A DNA stretch of 64,000 nt, taken from contig SVTX01000003.1 in assembly GCA_015063545.1 (NCBI GenBank), positions 5,913-69,912 of the forward strand. Direction: 5' to 3'. The translations under genes and the position numbers were made by a program. The notes under the pieces were generated by a model. It saw nothing but the letters and a program-made list of their open reading frames with translations. It had not been told where the DNA came from and did no database searches. Positions 9,774-19,011 of this stretch are shown here, in pieces (position 1 is the stretch's first letter; every line of letters begins with the position of its first letter). The stretch is from Oscillospiraceae bacterium (GTDB lineage: Bacteria > Bacillota > Clostridia > Oscillospirales > CAG-272).

Positions 9774-10562
9774 ATGAGTATATTTGCAGAGCATAAAAAA
9801 ATAGTGGTTAAAGTAGGCTCGTCAACGCTCATGCATTCAACGGGCAATCTTAATCTCAGACGTATAGAGCTTCTCGTAAAGACGCTCTCTGACCTTAAAA
9901 ATTCGGGCAAGGACATAATTTTGGTATCATCGGGCGCAGTCAGCGCGGGAATATCAAAATCCGGTCTTGGGCACAGACCGTACTCTCTTGAGGAAAAACA
10001 GGCGATGGCATCAATAGGACAGTCGGAGCTTATGAAGATATACGACAGATTTTTCTCGGATTACGGACATACCGTGGCGCAGATACTTATGACGCGCGAC
10101 GTCGTTGATATGCAAAACCGACGCGAGGCGGCGGAAAATACATTCCGCACTCTTTTGGAGATGGGATGTATTCCGATAGTAAACGAGAATGACGCAGTAT
10201 CAACGGATGAGCTCGGTCAGTTTGGCGGAAACGATATACTATCTGCCCACGTTGCGAGACTTTGCCATGCAGATCTGCTTATAAACTTGTCGGATATAGA
10301 CGGACTTTTCGACAGTGATCCGAGAAAAAATCCCGACGCAAAGCTTATCGAGCGTGTTGACAATATTGACAAATATATATCCTGCGCGGGCGGAGCCGGA
10401 ACAGACGCGGGTACGGGCGGAATGGGCGCAAAACTTGTTGCCGCGCAGATGGTAACGGATATAGGAATTCCTATGTTCATAACCAACGGAGAAAATCCCG
10501 AAATACTTTACGAAGCTTTAGAGGGCAAGGCTATCGGAACGTATTTTGAAGCTAAAAAATAA
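9774..10562 (+). CDS. proB: Glutamate 5-kinase
   Basis: MSIFAEHKKIVVKVGSSTL..., VSSGAV, NENDAVS and GTGGM motifs fit the amino-acid kinase / ProB family. The tracked ORF start at 9681 lies in AT-rich leader, so I chose the ATG at 9774. Confidence 0.85.
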   Translation: MSIFAEHKKIVVKVGSSTLMHSTGNLNLRRIELLVKTLSDLKNSGKDIILVSSGAVSAGISKSGLGHRPYSLEEKQAMASIGQSELMKIYDRFFSDYGHTVAQILMTRDVVDMQNRREAAENTFRTLLEMGCIPIVNENDAVSTDELGQFGGNDILSAHVARLCHADLLINLSDIDGLFDSDPRKNPDAKLIERVDNIDKYISCAGGAGTDAGTGGMGAKLVAAQMVTDIGIPMFITNGENPEILYEALEGKAIGTYFEAKK

Positions 10563-10598
10563 ATTCAGAAAAATTTGCGGAGAGGAGGATCAAGCCTT

Positions 10599-13500
10599 AT
10601 GCAGGAAAAAATAACCGGTGTAAACGATACAAACTGCCCCGGCGAAAATGAGCAATCGGAAATTTTGTCGAACGAGAATAGCCATGCAAAGGAGAGATCC
10701 GTTCTCGGAAGACGCGACCGCACAAAAAAAATCACAGACAACCAATCCGCATACATACATATTTGTTGCGATGAGACCGGGCAGATAGAAAAAATTATAA
10801 GGAAGTACGGATTTGAGTGTGAGGCTTACGGAATTGACGCAGAGCTTTCTCAGCTTTACACCAGCATTCACGGATCGAGCTTTGCTATTATCGTAGAGCC
10901 GCAGAACTCCGAAGAAAATTTGAAAAGAATGTCGTATCAGATTCGCGAGGCAAGACTGTGCGGCATAGAGGTTGCGATAATATGTAGGAGCGATTATTCG
11001 GAGATACATAAAAAGTTCGAGGCGGAGGAAGGGATCACTCTCATTAAGAGCGACCGTCCCCGCACGGAAATATTCCACGTTTTGTTTATTGAAAAACTGT
11101 GCCGACTGCCACAGACGTTCAATGATTCTGACTGCCGCAGAGATGAGCACGGAGAAATAATCCGACACGCCATAGACGCGTGGAGGGGAGTTGCGGCATC
11201 TGAAAAATTTATAGCAGATAGCTATATGTCGGGTGAGGTGCTTCCCAATCTTTTAAAGCAAGCGGTGTTCTGGTATAACAGAGCAAAGGAGCACGGAAGC
11301 CTCAGGGCCGGAGTTTCTCTCGGAGATTGCTATTTTTCCGGATTGGGATGTCCCGAGAACAAAAAGAAAGCTTATGAAATGTATTGCGATGCCGCGGATA
11401 TGGGTGTGGCAGAGGGACATTTTAAGGTAGGATATTGCTTGCTTGAAGGCTACGGCTGTGAGACAGACCTTTTGGAGGCATATCGCTCTTTGCGCCGTGC
11501 GGTTGAGCTTGGCCGAGAGCTTTATGAAGCGGAATATTGCGTTGGAGTGTGCTTGCGTGACGGTAAGGGCGTCGAGGTGTCCGTATCCGAGGCAAAGGGG
11601 CATTTTCTTAAGAGCGCAAAGGGAAATTATTCTCCCGCGCTGGTGGCGCTTGGAGACATCTATTCTGCACGTAGCGGAGATGACTTCAATCCCGCGTTGG
11701 CATTTGAATATTACAGCAGGGCGGCGGATAACGGCAGTGTAGAAGGTCTTTATAAAAAGGGTTTGGCGTTGTCATTTGGCCAGGGATGTGAACAGAATAC
11801 ATCCGAAGCGTTCAGATGTTTTTCGATCGGCGCAGAAAAAAAGGATGAAGCATGCTTGTGCGCACTTGGAATGTGTTATGAATACGGAATAGGATGCGAC
11901 TATGATTTTGAAACTGCGGTGTCATACTATTCTTTGGCGGCGGACAGAGGATATGCGGCGGCTGTAAACAATCTTGGCGGTTGTTATTATTACGGCCATG
12001 GTGTATATCAGGATAAGAAAAGAGCTATGGAGCTTTTTGAGAGAGCTTCGTTGCTTGGAGATTCAAATGCAACAACAAGACTTGGCATATGTTATCAGCA
12101 GGGCGATGAATGTGAGCAAAATCCTCACAAGGCGTTTTCATATTTTTCTGCGGCGGAACAGCAGGGAAATGCTATAGCGGCATATAAAAAAGCGTTGTGT
12201 TTTGAGGTCGGACAGGGAATAGAACAAAGCTTTAAGGGCGCATTTGAAAGCTATCAGCGCGCAGCGTCACTCGGGCATACGGAATCCATGTGGCATGCGG
12301 CAAATTATCTTTCAGACGGAGTGGGAACTCCGAGAGATTATTGGGCGGCGTATAAATGGTATTCAAAAGCGGCGGAGCAAGGTCACGCCGACAGCTTCTA
12401 CCAAATGGCGCATTTCAGCTTCAAGGGTATAGGAACCGTAAAGAATTATACAAAAGCGTTTTTCTGCTATAACAAGGCATTTGAGCTTGGGGCGAGCAGA
12501 ATGGACTGCGCTTTGAGAATAGGAATATGCTTGCTCAGAGGTCTTGGAGTTAAGGAAAACCGATTCAAGGCGCTTGAATGGTTCAAAAGAGCCGCGGCTC
12601 TTGGCTCGTCGGATGCAATGTTTTTGTGCGGAGAGAGTTTGTTTTTCGGTTCGGGATGTCAGCAGAATTACTTTGAAGCGGCAAAATATTATGCATCTGC
12701 AATAAACGCAGGACACACTCGGGCAATACTGTCTTTGGCATATTGCTATGAGAGTGGGCTTGGTGTGCCGAAGAATATAAACAAGGCATATTCTTTGTAT
12801 ATAAAGGCAACCGAGCAGGATAGTCCCGAGGCAAACTATAAAGCGGCAGAGCTTATGGCAAAGGCAGGAGAATACGGAGACACGCTCAATAAATTGCTTA
12901 ATAAATCAGCAAACAAGGGATATGTTCCTGCGGTATTGATGCTGGGAATCCTTTATGACGAGGGGCTCGGTCTGCCCGAGAATGCCGACAAGGCGGCGCA
13001 GAAATATCAGAAGGCGATATCTCTTGGCATATCCAAGCAGAGAATGTTGCTGTTCTCCTTCCCCGAAAGGGATACAGAGAGAGTGAATGCCGCACAGAAG
13101 GCAACGGTCGATGCAACTTATAGACTTGGAATGCTCAGGGGAAGGTATGCAACCGACCCCGCGCAATTCGCTCGCGCGTTTGAATATATTGCAGGCGCAG
13201 CGGTTACGGGATCGGAAAAAGCTCAACGCGAGATAGCAAAGATATACGAGGCGGGAGGAGATCTTAACTTGTATTTCAAAGGTACTCGCGACAAAGATAT
13301 TCAGCTTGGCGCGGCTGCTGTGGCGGGCGCGATGAACCGTTTGGGAGATACGTGGTTTGACGGAAAGCCGTTGCTCTCAAAAAATGACAGGGCGGCATTC
13401 AAATGCTACAAAATTGCCGCAGAGATGGGAAGCTCTGATGCGGCGTACAGCCTCGGTTGGTGCTTACGTCACGGCGTCGGAACCAAGGTGAATGACGTGG

Positions 13501-13694
13501 AAGCGGCAAAATGGCTCAAAAAATCAGCCGACAGCGGAAATCCTCACGCGGCATACAGTTACGGCCTTTGTTGCGAGGAGGGAAGCGGAATGGAACATCC
13601 AAACCTTCGCGAAGCGGCAAATTATTATCGAAAAGCGGCGGCGGCAGGTCACGTTGAGGCTAAAAAACGACATGTAAATATCATGGGCAAATAA
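10599..13694 (+). CDS. Large Sel1-like (SLR/TPR-type) repeat protein with a non-repeat N-terminal domain
   Basis: ATG at 10599 is preceded by GAGGAGGA. About 20 repeats follow the A-x-[YW]-x-[LM]-G-x-C-Y-x-x-G-x-G-x-x-x-[DN]-x-x-x-A-x-x-[WY]-[YF]-x-[KR]-[AS]-A pattern, for example EAAKWLKKSADSGNPHAAYSYGLCCEEGSG. The first ~230 aa are not repetitive. Confidence 0.8.
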   Translation: MQEKITGVNDTNCPGENEQSEILSNENSHAKERSVLGRRDRTKKITDNQSAYIHICCDETGQIEKIIRKYGFECEAYGIDAELSQLYTSIHGSSFAIIVEPQNSEENLKRMSYQIREARLCGIEVAIICRSDYSEIHKKFEAEEGITLIKSDRPRTEIFHVLFIEKLCRLPQTFNDSDCRRDEHGEIIRHAIDAWRGVAASEKFIADSYMSGEVLPNLLKQAVFWYNRAKEHGSLRAGVSLGDCYFSGLGCPENKKKAYEMYCDAADMGVAEGHFKVGYCLLEGYGCETDLLEAYRSLRRAVELGRELYEAEYCVGVCLRDGKGVEVSVSEAKGHFLKSAKGNYSPALVALGDIYSARSGDDFNPALAFEYYSRAADNGSVEGLYKKGLALSFGQGCEQNTSEAFRCFSIGAEKKDEACLCALGMCYEYGIGCDYDFETAVSYYSLAADRGYAAAVNNLGGCYYYGHGVYQDKKRAMELFERASLLGDSNATTRLGICYQQGDECEQNPHKAFSYFSAAEQQGNAIAAYKKALCFEVGQGIEQSFKGAFESYQRAASLGHTESMWHAANYLSDGVGTPRDYWAAYKWYSKAAEQGHADSFYQMAHFSFKGIGTVKNYTKAFFCYNKAFELGASRMDCALRIGICLLRGLGVKENRFKALEWFKRAAALGSSDAMFLCGESLFFGSGCQQNYFEAAKYYASAINAGHTRAILSLAYCYESGLGVPKNINKAYSLYIKATEQDSPEANYKAAELMAKAGEYGDTLNKLLNKSANKGYVPAVLMLGILYDEGLGLPENADKAAQKYQKAISLGISKQRMLLFSFPERDTERVNAAQKATVDATYRLGMLRGRYATDPAQFARAFEYIAGAAVTGSEKAQREIAKIYEAGGDLNLYFKGTRDKDIQLGAAAVAGAMNRLGDTWFDGKPLLSKNDRAAFKCYKIAAEMGSSDAAYSLGWCLRHGVGTKVNDVEAAKWLKKSADSGNPHAAYSYGLCCEEGSGMEHPNLREAANYYRKAAAAGHVEAKKRHVNIMGK

Positions 13695-13711
13695 GAGAGT
13701 TATCAATACTC

Positions 13712-13740
13712 TTGACAAGCCGGAGAATATATGATATAAT
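13712..13740 (+). promoter_or_regulatory. Sigma-A type promoter driving the tyrS T-box leader
   Basis: TTGACA (13712-13717), 17-nt spacer, TATAAT (13735-13740). Confidence 0.7.
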
Positions 13741-13746
13741 CAAAAA

Positions 13747-14024
13747 GTAAAAATGAAAGGCTATGATAGGAACAAGTAGCGACAGTACCCCCGATACAGA
13801 AAGTTGTCGGTAGATGCGAGACAAACGGGAGCTTTTGTGAATACATCCTTGAGCCTCATACCGAAAGCGGCGGGTTAACACTGCGGCAAGTAGGCTATGA
13901 CGGGAGCTCCCGTTACAGAGTATGCCGAAAATTCGGCTGATAAGTCCCCCTCGGTAACGTCGGGGAGAATCAAGGTGGTACCGCGATTATTCGCCCTTGC
14001 ATTTTTTAATGCAAGGGCTTTTTT
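13747..14024 (+). promoter_or_regulatory. T-box leader (tyrosine specifier) with intrinsic terminator
   Basis: Conserved T-box sequence AATCAAGGTGGTACCGCG at 13968-13985. Candidate specifier GAA-UAC-A has UAC at 13842-13844. Terminator stem gcccttgc / gcaagggc lies at 13993-14018, followed by TTTTTT. Stem-I-like AGAAAG and GGTAGATG elements lie upstream. The downstream gene is tyrS. Confidence 0.85.
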
Positions 14025-14185
14025 GGCCTTTGAAAAATCCTCCAATACTGCTGTGCTCCCGCATCGTGACTTGACGTAGGGAGCTACGCCTGCGTCTTGT
14101 CTTGAAGAATTTTTCTTCGGTCAACTAAATATATCAAAACATATCAAATACAAAACAAGTAAGAAAACGAAAGGAAATAAAAACA

Positions 14186-15409
14186 ATGGCAATGAAAATT
14201 TACGACGAGCTCGTCGCGCGCGGACTTATCGCGCAGGTGACCGACGAGGAAGAAATCAAAAATCTTATCAATGAAGGTAAGGCAACCTTTTACATTGGAT
14301 TTGACCCCACGGCAGATTCTTTGCACGTAGGTCACTTTATGGCGCTCTGCCTTATGAAGAGACTTCAGATGGCAGGTAACCGTCCCATAGTTCTTATCGG
14401 CGGCGGTACGGCTATGGTAGGAGACCCCTCCGGCAGAACGGATATGCGTCAGATGATGACAAAAGAGACTATCGCTCACAACTGCGAGTGCTTCTACAAG
14501 CAGATGAGCCGCTTTATCGAGTTTGGCGAGGACAAGGCAATTATGGTAAACAATGCGGATTGGCTGCTTGACCTCAACTATGTTGACGTTCTCCGTGACG
14601 TTGGAGCGTGCTTCTCTGTAAACAGAATGCTTACCGCTGAATGCTATAAGCAGAGAATGGAGAAAGGCCTTTCCTTCCTTGAATTCAACTACATGATAAT
14701 GCAGTCCTACGACTTCTACCACCTCTACAAGACATACGGCTGTAACATGCAGTTTGGCGGTGACGATCAGTGGTCGAATATGCTCGGCGGTACGGAGCTT
14801 ATCAGACGTAAGCTCGGCCGAGACGCATACGCTATGACAATAACTCTGCTTCTCAACTCCGAGGGCAAGAAGATGGGTAAGACGCAGTCGGGCGCAGTAT
14901 GGCTTGACCCCGAAAAGACAAGTCCTTACGACTTCTACCAGTATTGGAGAAACGTGGGCGACGCGGACGTTCTCAAGTGCATAAGAATGCTCACGTTCCT
15001 TCCTATGGAGCAGATAGAGGAGATGAACGGCTGGGAGGGCTCACAGCTCAATACAGCCAAGGAAATTCTCGCTTATGAGCTTACCAAGCTCGTTCACGGA
15101 CAGGACGAGGCGGAAAAGGCTCAGGCATCGGCAAAGGCGCTCTTTGGCGCAGGCCCCGGCGCGGATATCCCCACGGCAACTCTTACGGATGAGGACTTTG
15201 TTGACGGCGCGGCAGATATTCTCACAATGCTTGTAAAGAGTGGACTTGTAAAATCCAAGTCTGAGGCAAGACAGGCTGTACAGCAGGGCGGTGTGTCGGT
15301 TGAGGGTGAAAAGATCACCGATATTCGCGCAAGCTTTACCCGTGAGCAGATAGCAGGTGGATTGCTTCTCAAAAAGGGCAAAAAGTCCTTTATGAAGATA
15401 GTTTGCTGA
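14186..15409 (+). CDS. tyrS: Tyrosine--tRNA ligase
   Basis: 407 aa. It has the HIGH-type motif (SLHVGH), a KMSKS-type motif (KMGKT) and a C-terminal S4-like domain. Confidence 0.95.
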   Translation: MAMKIYDELVARGLIAQVTDEEEIKNLINEGKATFYIGFDPTADSLHVGHFMALCLMKRLQMAGNRPIVLIGGGTAMVGDPSGRTDMRQMMTKETIAHNCECFYKQMSRFIEFGEDKAIMVNNADWLLDLNYVDVLRDVGACFSVNRMLTAECYKQRMEKGLSFLEFNYMIMQSYDFYHLYKTYGCNMQFGGDDQWSNMLGGTELIRRKLGRDAYAMTITLLLNSEGKKMGKTQSGAVWLDPEKTSPYDFYQYWRNVGDADVLKCIRMLTFLPMEQIEEMNGWEGSQLNTAKEILAYELTKLVHGQDEAEKAQASAKALFGAGPGADIPTATLTDEDFVDGAADILTMLVKSGLVKSKSEARQAVQQGGVSVEGEKITDIRASFTREQIAGGLLLKKGKKSFMKIVC

Positions 15410-15420
15410 TAGGAGAAATT

Positions 15421-16194
15421 ATGTTTAATAAAAGAAAAATACTTGCTCTTGCGCTGGTGATGTGTATGCTGATTGGAATATTTGCCTTTACGTCGTGTTC
15501 AAAAAAAGCAGATGAGGGCGAAGGCAAAAAGACAACGCAGTCAAATAATCAAGAAGCGGCGGCGCAGGAAAAGCAAATCGTAGATATGAAGGTAATAAAC
15601 GGTGAGCTTTGGGTAGTTTATTCCGACAAGCCGGATGAGCCTGTAAACATCGGCAGAGTGGATAATTTCTATGAGGGAACCCCGGGATTGGAATTCTTTC
15701 TTTTGCCTGACGGAACTTACGGAGTTAAAGGCGGCTCTACCTATTACCTTGAGGAAATAGTTATTCCCGCATACTACAACGGAGTAAAAGTTACCAGGGT
15801 TTTGGACAATGCTTTTTCGTCATATATCAATCTTAAGAAGGTAACATTCCCCGAAACCGTAACTCACATTGATAACAGCGCGTTTAACGCATGCGTAAAT
15901 CTTGAGGTTGCAACTCTGCCTTTGGGTACAAAATCCATTGGAAATAGCGCATTCAGCAACTGTTCTTCGCTTAAAAGCGTGCTTATTGGTGATCAGGTTG
16001 AGAGTATCGGCGAGTTTGCATTTATGAACAGCATCTCTATTTTGAACACGAATATACCAGAGAGCGTGAAGAGTATCGGACGCGATGCTTTCAAAAACTG
16101 TGGCGGAGAAATTTATTGTGAGGTATCCGAGCAGCCCGATACTTGGAGTGAATATTGGAACTCATCATCACTCACGGTTCATTGGGGAGAATGA
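15421..16194 (+). CDS. Lipoprotein with BspA-type leucine-rich repeats
   Basis: ATG at 15421 follows AGGAGA. The signal peptide ends in a lipobox-like FTSC. Repeats such as VTHIDNSAFNACVNLEVATLP / TKSIGNSAFSNCSSLKSVLIG / VESIGEFAF are typical of the BspA LRR family. Confidence 0.75.
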   Translation: MFNKRKILALALVMCMLIGIFAFTSCSKKADEGEGKKTTQSNNQEAAAQEKQIVDMKVINGELWVVYSDKPDEPVNIGRVDNFYEGTPGLEFFLLPDGTYGVKGGSTYYLEEIVIPAYYNGVKVTRVLDNAFSSYINLKKVTFPETVTHIDNSAFNACVNLEVATLPLGTKSIGNSAFSNCSSLKSVLIGDQVESIGEFAFMNSISILNTNIPESVKSIGRDAFKNCGGEIYCEVSEQPDTWSEYWNSSSLTVHWGE

Positions 16195-16260
16195 TCTGGA
16201 TATGTAGTAAAAAGTAACAAAAACAACATTTTAAAATCGCACATTTTGTAACAAAAAATA

Positions 16261-16302
16261 ATAGGGTTTTCCACAGATTTTGTTGTGGAAAACCCTATTT
16301 TT
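16261..16302 (+). terminator. Intrinsic terminator after the LRR lipoprotein gene
   Basis: Perfect 15-bp stem (16261-16275 with 16284-16298), 8-nt loop, then TTTT. The stem arms themselves carry TTTTCCACA / TGTGGAAAA. Confidence 0.7.
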
Positions 16303-16375
16303 GTGTGGAAAAGCGACTTTTTCCTTTGTTCTACGGACTTTCCTGTGTGGAAAAGCCTGTGGAAAATGTGGAAAA
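16267..16375. promoter_or_regulatory. Cluster of six relaxed DnaA-box-like 9-mers
   Basis: TTTTCCACA at 16267-16275. TGTGGAAAA at 16284-16292, 16304-16312, 16346-16354, 16358-16366 and 16367-16375. All fit TTWTNCACA, one mismatch from TTATCCACA. Confidence 0.45.
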
Positions 16376-16406
16376 CCTATTTTTTCCATTTTGTCAAAAT
16401 ATTATC

Positions 16407-17432
16407 TTAAATTGTGCAGATAAGCTTCTCAAGAGTGGTATAGCCGTCACGTGACATTTTGAGTTCAAGATCTGCCGTGCGGCATTTTTCAAGCATATTT
16501 TTGAGACGGTCAACGCCTCTTTTTGACTTGAGAAGGAGGGAAACTTTGTATTCGTGCATTCTCAGCGCGTCGGAGATTTCGTATGACGTCCTTCCGTCCG
16601 CAGCGAGCAATTCTACCGACAGCGCATCACAGATGTTAGAAATTATTTCGCTCATTATGATTATGGGATCGACGCGGCGAAATTTCATATCGCCGAGAAC
16701 TGCTAACGCGCGCTCGCGGTTGCCGGAGGTAAGCGCGTTTGAAAAAGCAAAGGCATCAAACTCGGCGGCAGGAACGGACACTTTGACCACGTCGTCGGGT
16801 GTGACTTCATTTCTGCCTTGCGCAAGAACGTAAAAAGAAATCTTATCAGTCTCTGACGAGAGAGAGAACATGTCTCTGCCGCAACGGTCCACTGTGAGCT
16901 TACATATTTCGGCGGAGGCTGAAACTCCGTTGTGCGAGTAGTGCTTACCTACCCATGTATACAGTCTGGCGGGGGATATCTTCTCAAAATATACGGGGGT
17001 TAAAAATTCCGATAGCTTTGAGAGTAGCTTTGACGGGCGTTTGGGCAAAATTCCGTAGTCAAATCTGTCCGAGGCTACACTGATAATTACCGTGTTGTAA
17101 TCATATTCGTCCAGCATGCTCAAAGCCTGACAGAGCGCGTTTGCCTCGGCGGGTTTGAAGGCGTTCAAATTAAGTCCTGTCACGGTTATAAGCTTTCTGT
17201 CTGCCATCATTGGCATAGGCATTATAGCATCTATTAATGCGTCAGCAGAATAAGATAGTGCATCAAAAGCCATTTGATTAAACATAGCAAAGGTGATATC
17301 GGGGCACAGAGCGTCTTTTGCGGCGTTAAGGGCATGGGATTTAAGATAATCTTCTTCGCCAAAGAAAAGATACGCAGATTTTGGCTTTGATTTTATTTCG
17401 CGCCGGAAATCCGCTTCTTTGATAATATCCAT
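16407..17432 (-). CDS. holA: DNA polymerase III delta subunit
   Basis: 341 aa. The N-terminus ...KSKPKSAYLFFGEEDYLKSHAL... and the overall length are typical of HolA. Confidence 0.8.
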   Translation of the reverse strand: MDIIKEADFRREIKSKPKSAYLFFGEEDYLKSHALNAAKDALCPDITFAMFNQMAFDALSYSADALIDAIMPMPMMADRKLITVTGLNLNAFKPAEANALCQALSMLDEYDYNTVIISVASDRFDYGILPKRPSKLLSKLSEFLTPVYFEKISPARLYTWVGKHYSHNGVSASAEICKLTVDRCGRDMFSLSSETDKISFYVLAQGRNEVTPDDVVKVSVPAAEFDAFAFSNALTSGNRERALAVLGDMKFRRVDPIIIMSEIISNICDALSVELLAADGRTSYEISDALRMHEYKVSLLLKSKRGVDRLKNMLEKCRTADLELKMSRDGYTTLEKLICTI

Positions 17433-17518
17433 GTCCTCACCTCGCTTTCTGCTTTGTTATGATTAAATTATACCATTTTCGGGCGGTCAAGTCAAGTGGA
17501 TTTTGTATGAGTATATCC

Positions 17519-17547
17519 TTGACTTATGTCAAATTGTGTGGTACAAT
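17519..17547 (+). promoter_or_regulatory. Sigma-A type promoter upstream of the MATE transporter gene
   Basis: TTGACT (17519-17524), 17-nt spacer, TACAAT (17542-17547), with TGg immediately upstream (extended -10). Confidence 0.55.
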
Positions 17548-17595
17548 GTAAAAAGAAACGGCAGTTTCTTTTTTTGTGTATATAAGGGAGAGTTT

Positions 17596-18975
17596 ATGTC
17601 AGATACAAAGCTTTTACAGCCCAAGGAAAATAAAATGGGCACACAGCCTATATGGAAGCTGATAATCACCTTATCGCTTCCTATGGTGGTATCCATGATA
17701 ATTCAGGCGCTATACAACGTTATTGACAGTCTTTTCGTTGCGAGCATATCGCCCGAACAGCTTGAATTTAACGCGGTCAATCTTTCGTTTGCTGCGCAGA
17801 ATTTAATAATAGCCGTGGCTACGGGAACGGGTGTAGGTATAAACGCGCTTCTTTCAAAAAGCCTTGGCGAAAAGAATTTTGAAAGAGCAGAGAAAATAGC
17901 CAGAAACGGAGTGTTTCTCGCTTTGTGCAGCTATATTGTCTTCTTGGCGCTTGGTCTTACTCTTATCGGTCCGTACATGAAGATAATGACGGACAATCCG
18001 CAGGTTATCGAATACGGTAAACAATATCTGTTTATATGCTATATCGGTTCATTTGGAATTTTCGGAGAGATTGTCATGGAGCGACTTATGATCTCAACCG
18101 GAAAAACATATCTTGCCATGATAACCCAAGCAACAGGCGCGATAATAAACATTATTTTCGATCCCATATTTATTTTCGGTTGCGGCATGGGAGTTCGCGG
18201 CGCAGCTCTTGCCACAGTGCTTGGACAGATAGTCGCGTTTGGCGTAGCTATAATACTCAACAGAAAGTTCAATAAGGACATACACCTGAGCTTTAGAAAG
18301 TTCCGACCTGACAGCAAAATAATCGGCAAGATATACGCTATCGGAGTTCCGTCGATCGTTATGGCATCGATAGGCTCGGTGATGAATATTATCCTTAACA
18401 ATATTCTTTATTCTTTTGCCGCGCCTACGGGACTGTATGCGCAGAATGCGTTTGGCGCGTTCTTCAAGCTTCAGAGCTTTATTCTGATGCCGATATTCGG
18501 GCTTAACAACGGACTTGTGCCGCTTATAGCTTACAACTACGGAGCGCAAAAGCGCAAGCGAATGATATCTGCTATGCTCATAGGCGGCGGGGCGGCGGTA
18601 TCTTATATGGTTATGGGGCTTGCTGCGTTTGAACTGTTTCCGCGTCAGCTTGCAGGAATGTTCATTGAAATTCCCGCGGCGCTGGATATAGCGGTTTACA
18701 CATTGAGAATAGCGGCGCTTTCATTTGTTTTTGCGGGTATCTGTATTGTTATGGGCTCGGTATTTCAAGCGCTCGGCAAAAGTATATTCTCCATGTTTAC
18801 GTCTATTGCGCGTCAGCTTGTTGTGCTTGTTCCTGCGGCATATCTGCTTGCGAAAACAGGAGATGTAAATAACGTTTGGTGGGCATTCCCGATCGCGGAG
18901 ATCATGTCTCTTATTATGTCGGTGCTGTTTTTCATCATCGTTTATAAGAAGACAATATCAAATATACCGGAATAA
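17596..18975 (+). CDS. MATE family efflux transporter
   Basis: Start MSDTKLLQPKENKMGTQPIWKLIITLSLPMVVSMIIQALYNVIDSLFVA. The protein is polytopic (about 12 hydrophobic segments) with the typical MATE N-terminal motif. Confidence 0.85.
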   Translation: MSDTKLLQPKENKMGTQPIWKLIITLSLPMVVSMIIQALYNVIDSLFVASISPEQLEFNAVNLSFAAQNLIIAVATGTGVGINALLSKSLGEKNFERAEKIARNGVFLALCSYIVFLALGLTLIGPYMKIMTDNPQVIEYGKQYLFICYIGSFGIFGEIVMERLMISTGKTYLAMITQATGAIINIIFDPIFIFGCGMGVRGAALATVLGQIVAFGVAIILNRKFNKDIHLSFRKFRPDSKIIGKIYAIGVPSIVMASIGSVMNIILNNILYSFAAPTGLYAQNAFGAFFKLQSFILMPIFGLNNGLVPLIAYNYGAQKRKRMISAMLIGGGAAVSYMVMGLAAFELFPRQLAGMFIEIPAALDIAVYTLRIAALSFVFAGICIVMGSVFQALGKSIFSMFTSIARQLVVLVPAAYLLAKTGDVNNVWWAFPIAEIMSLIMSVLFFIIVYKKTISNIPE

Positions 18976-18978
18976 AAT

Positions 18979-19010
18979 AAGAAATCCGACTGTACCCAGT
19001 CGGATTTCTT
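18979..19010. terminator. Bidirectional terminator between convergent genes
   Basis: 14-bp stem aagaaatccgactg / cagtcggatttctt with loop tacc. A/T runs lie on both sides. Confidence 0.65.
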
Positions 19011-19011
19011 A

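Noticed and set aside
16261-16375. A CRISPR-like array. The regularly spaced short repeats here and the 192-bp repeats at 33300-34067 were considered.
   Set aside because: The 9-mers are too short and irregularly spaced, with no unique spacers of constant length. The 192-bp units are in-frame coding repeats. No cas genes are present.
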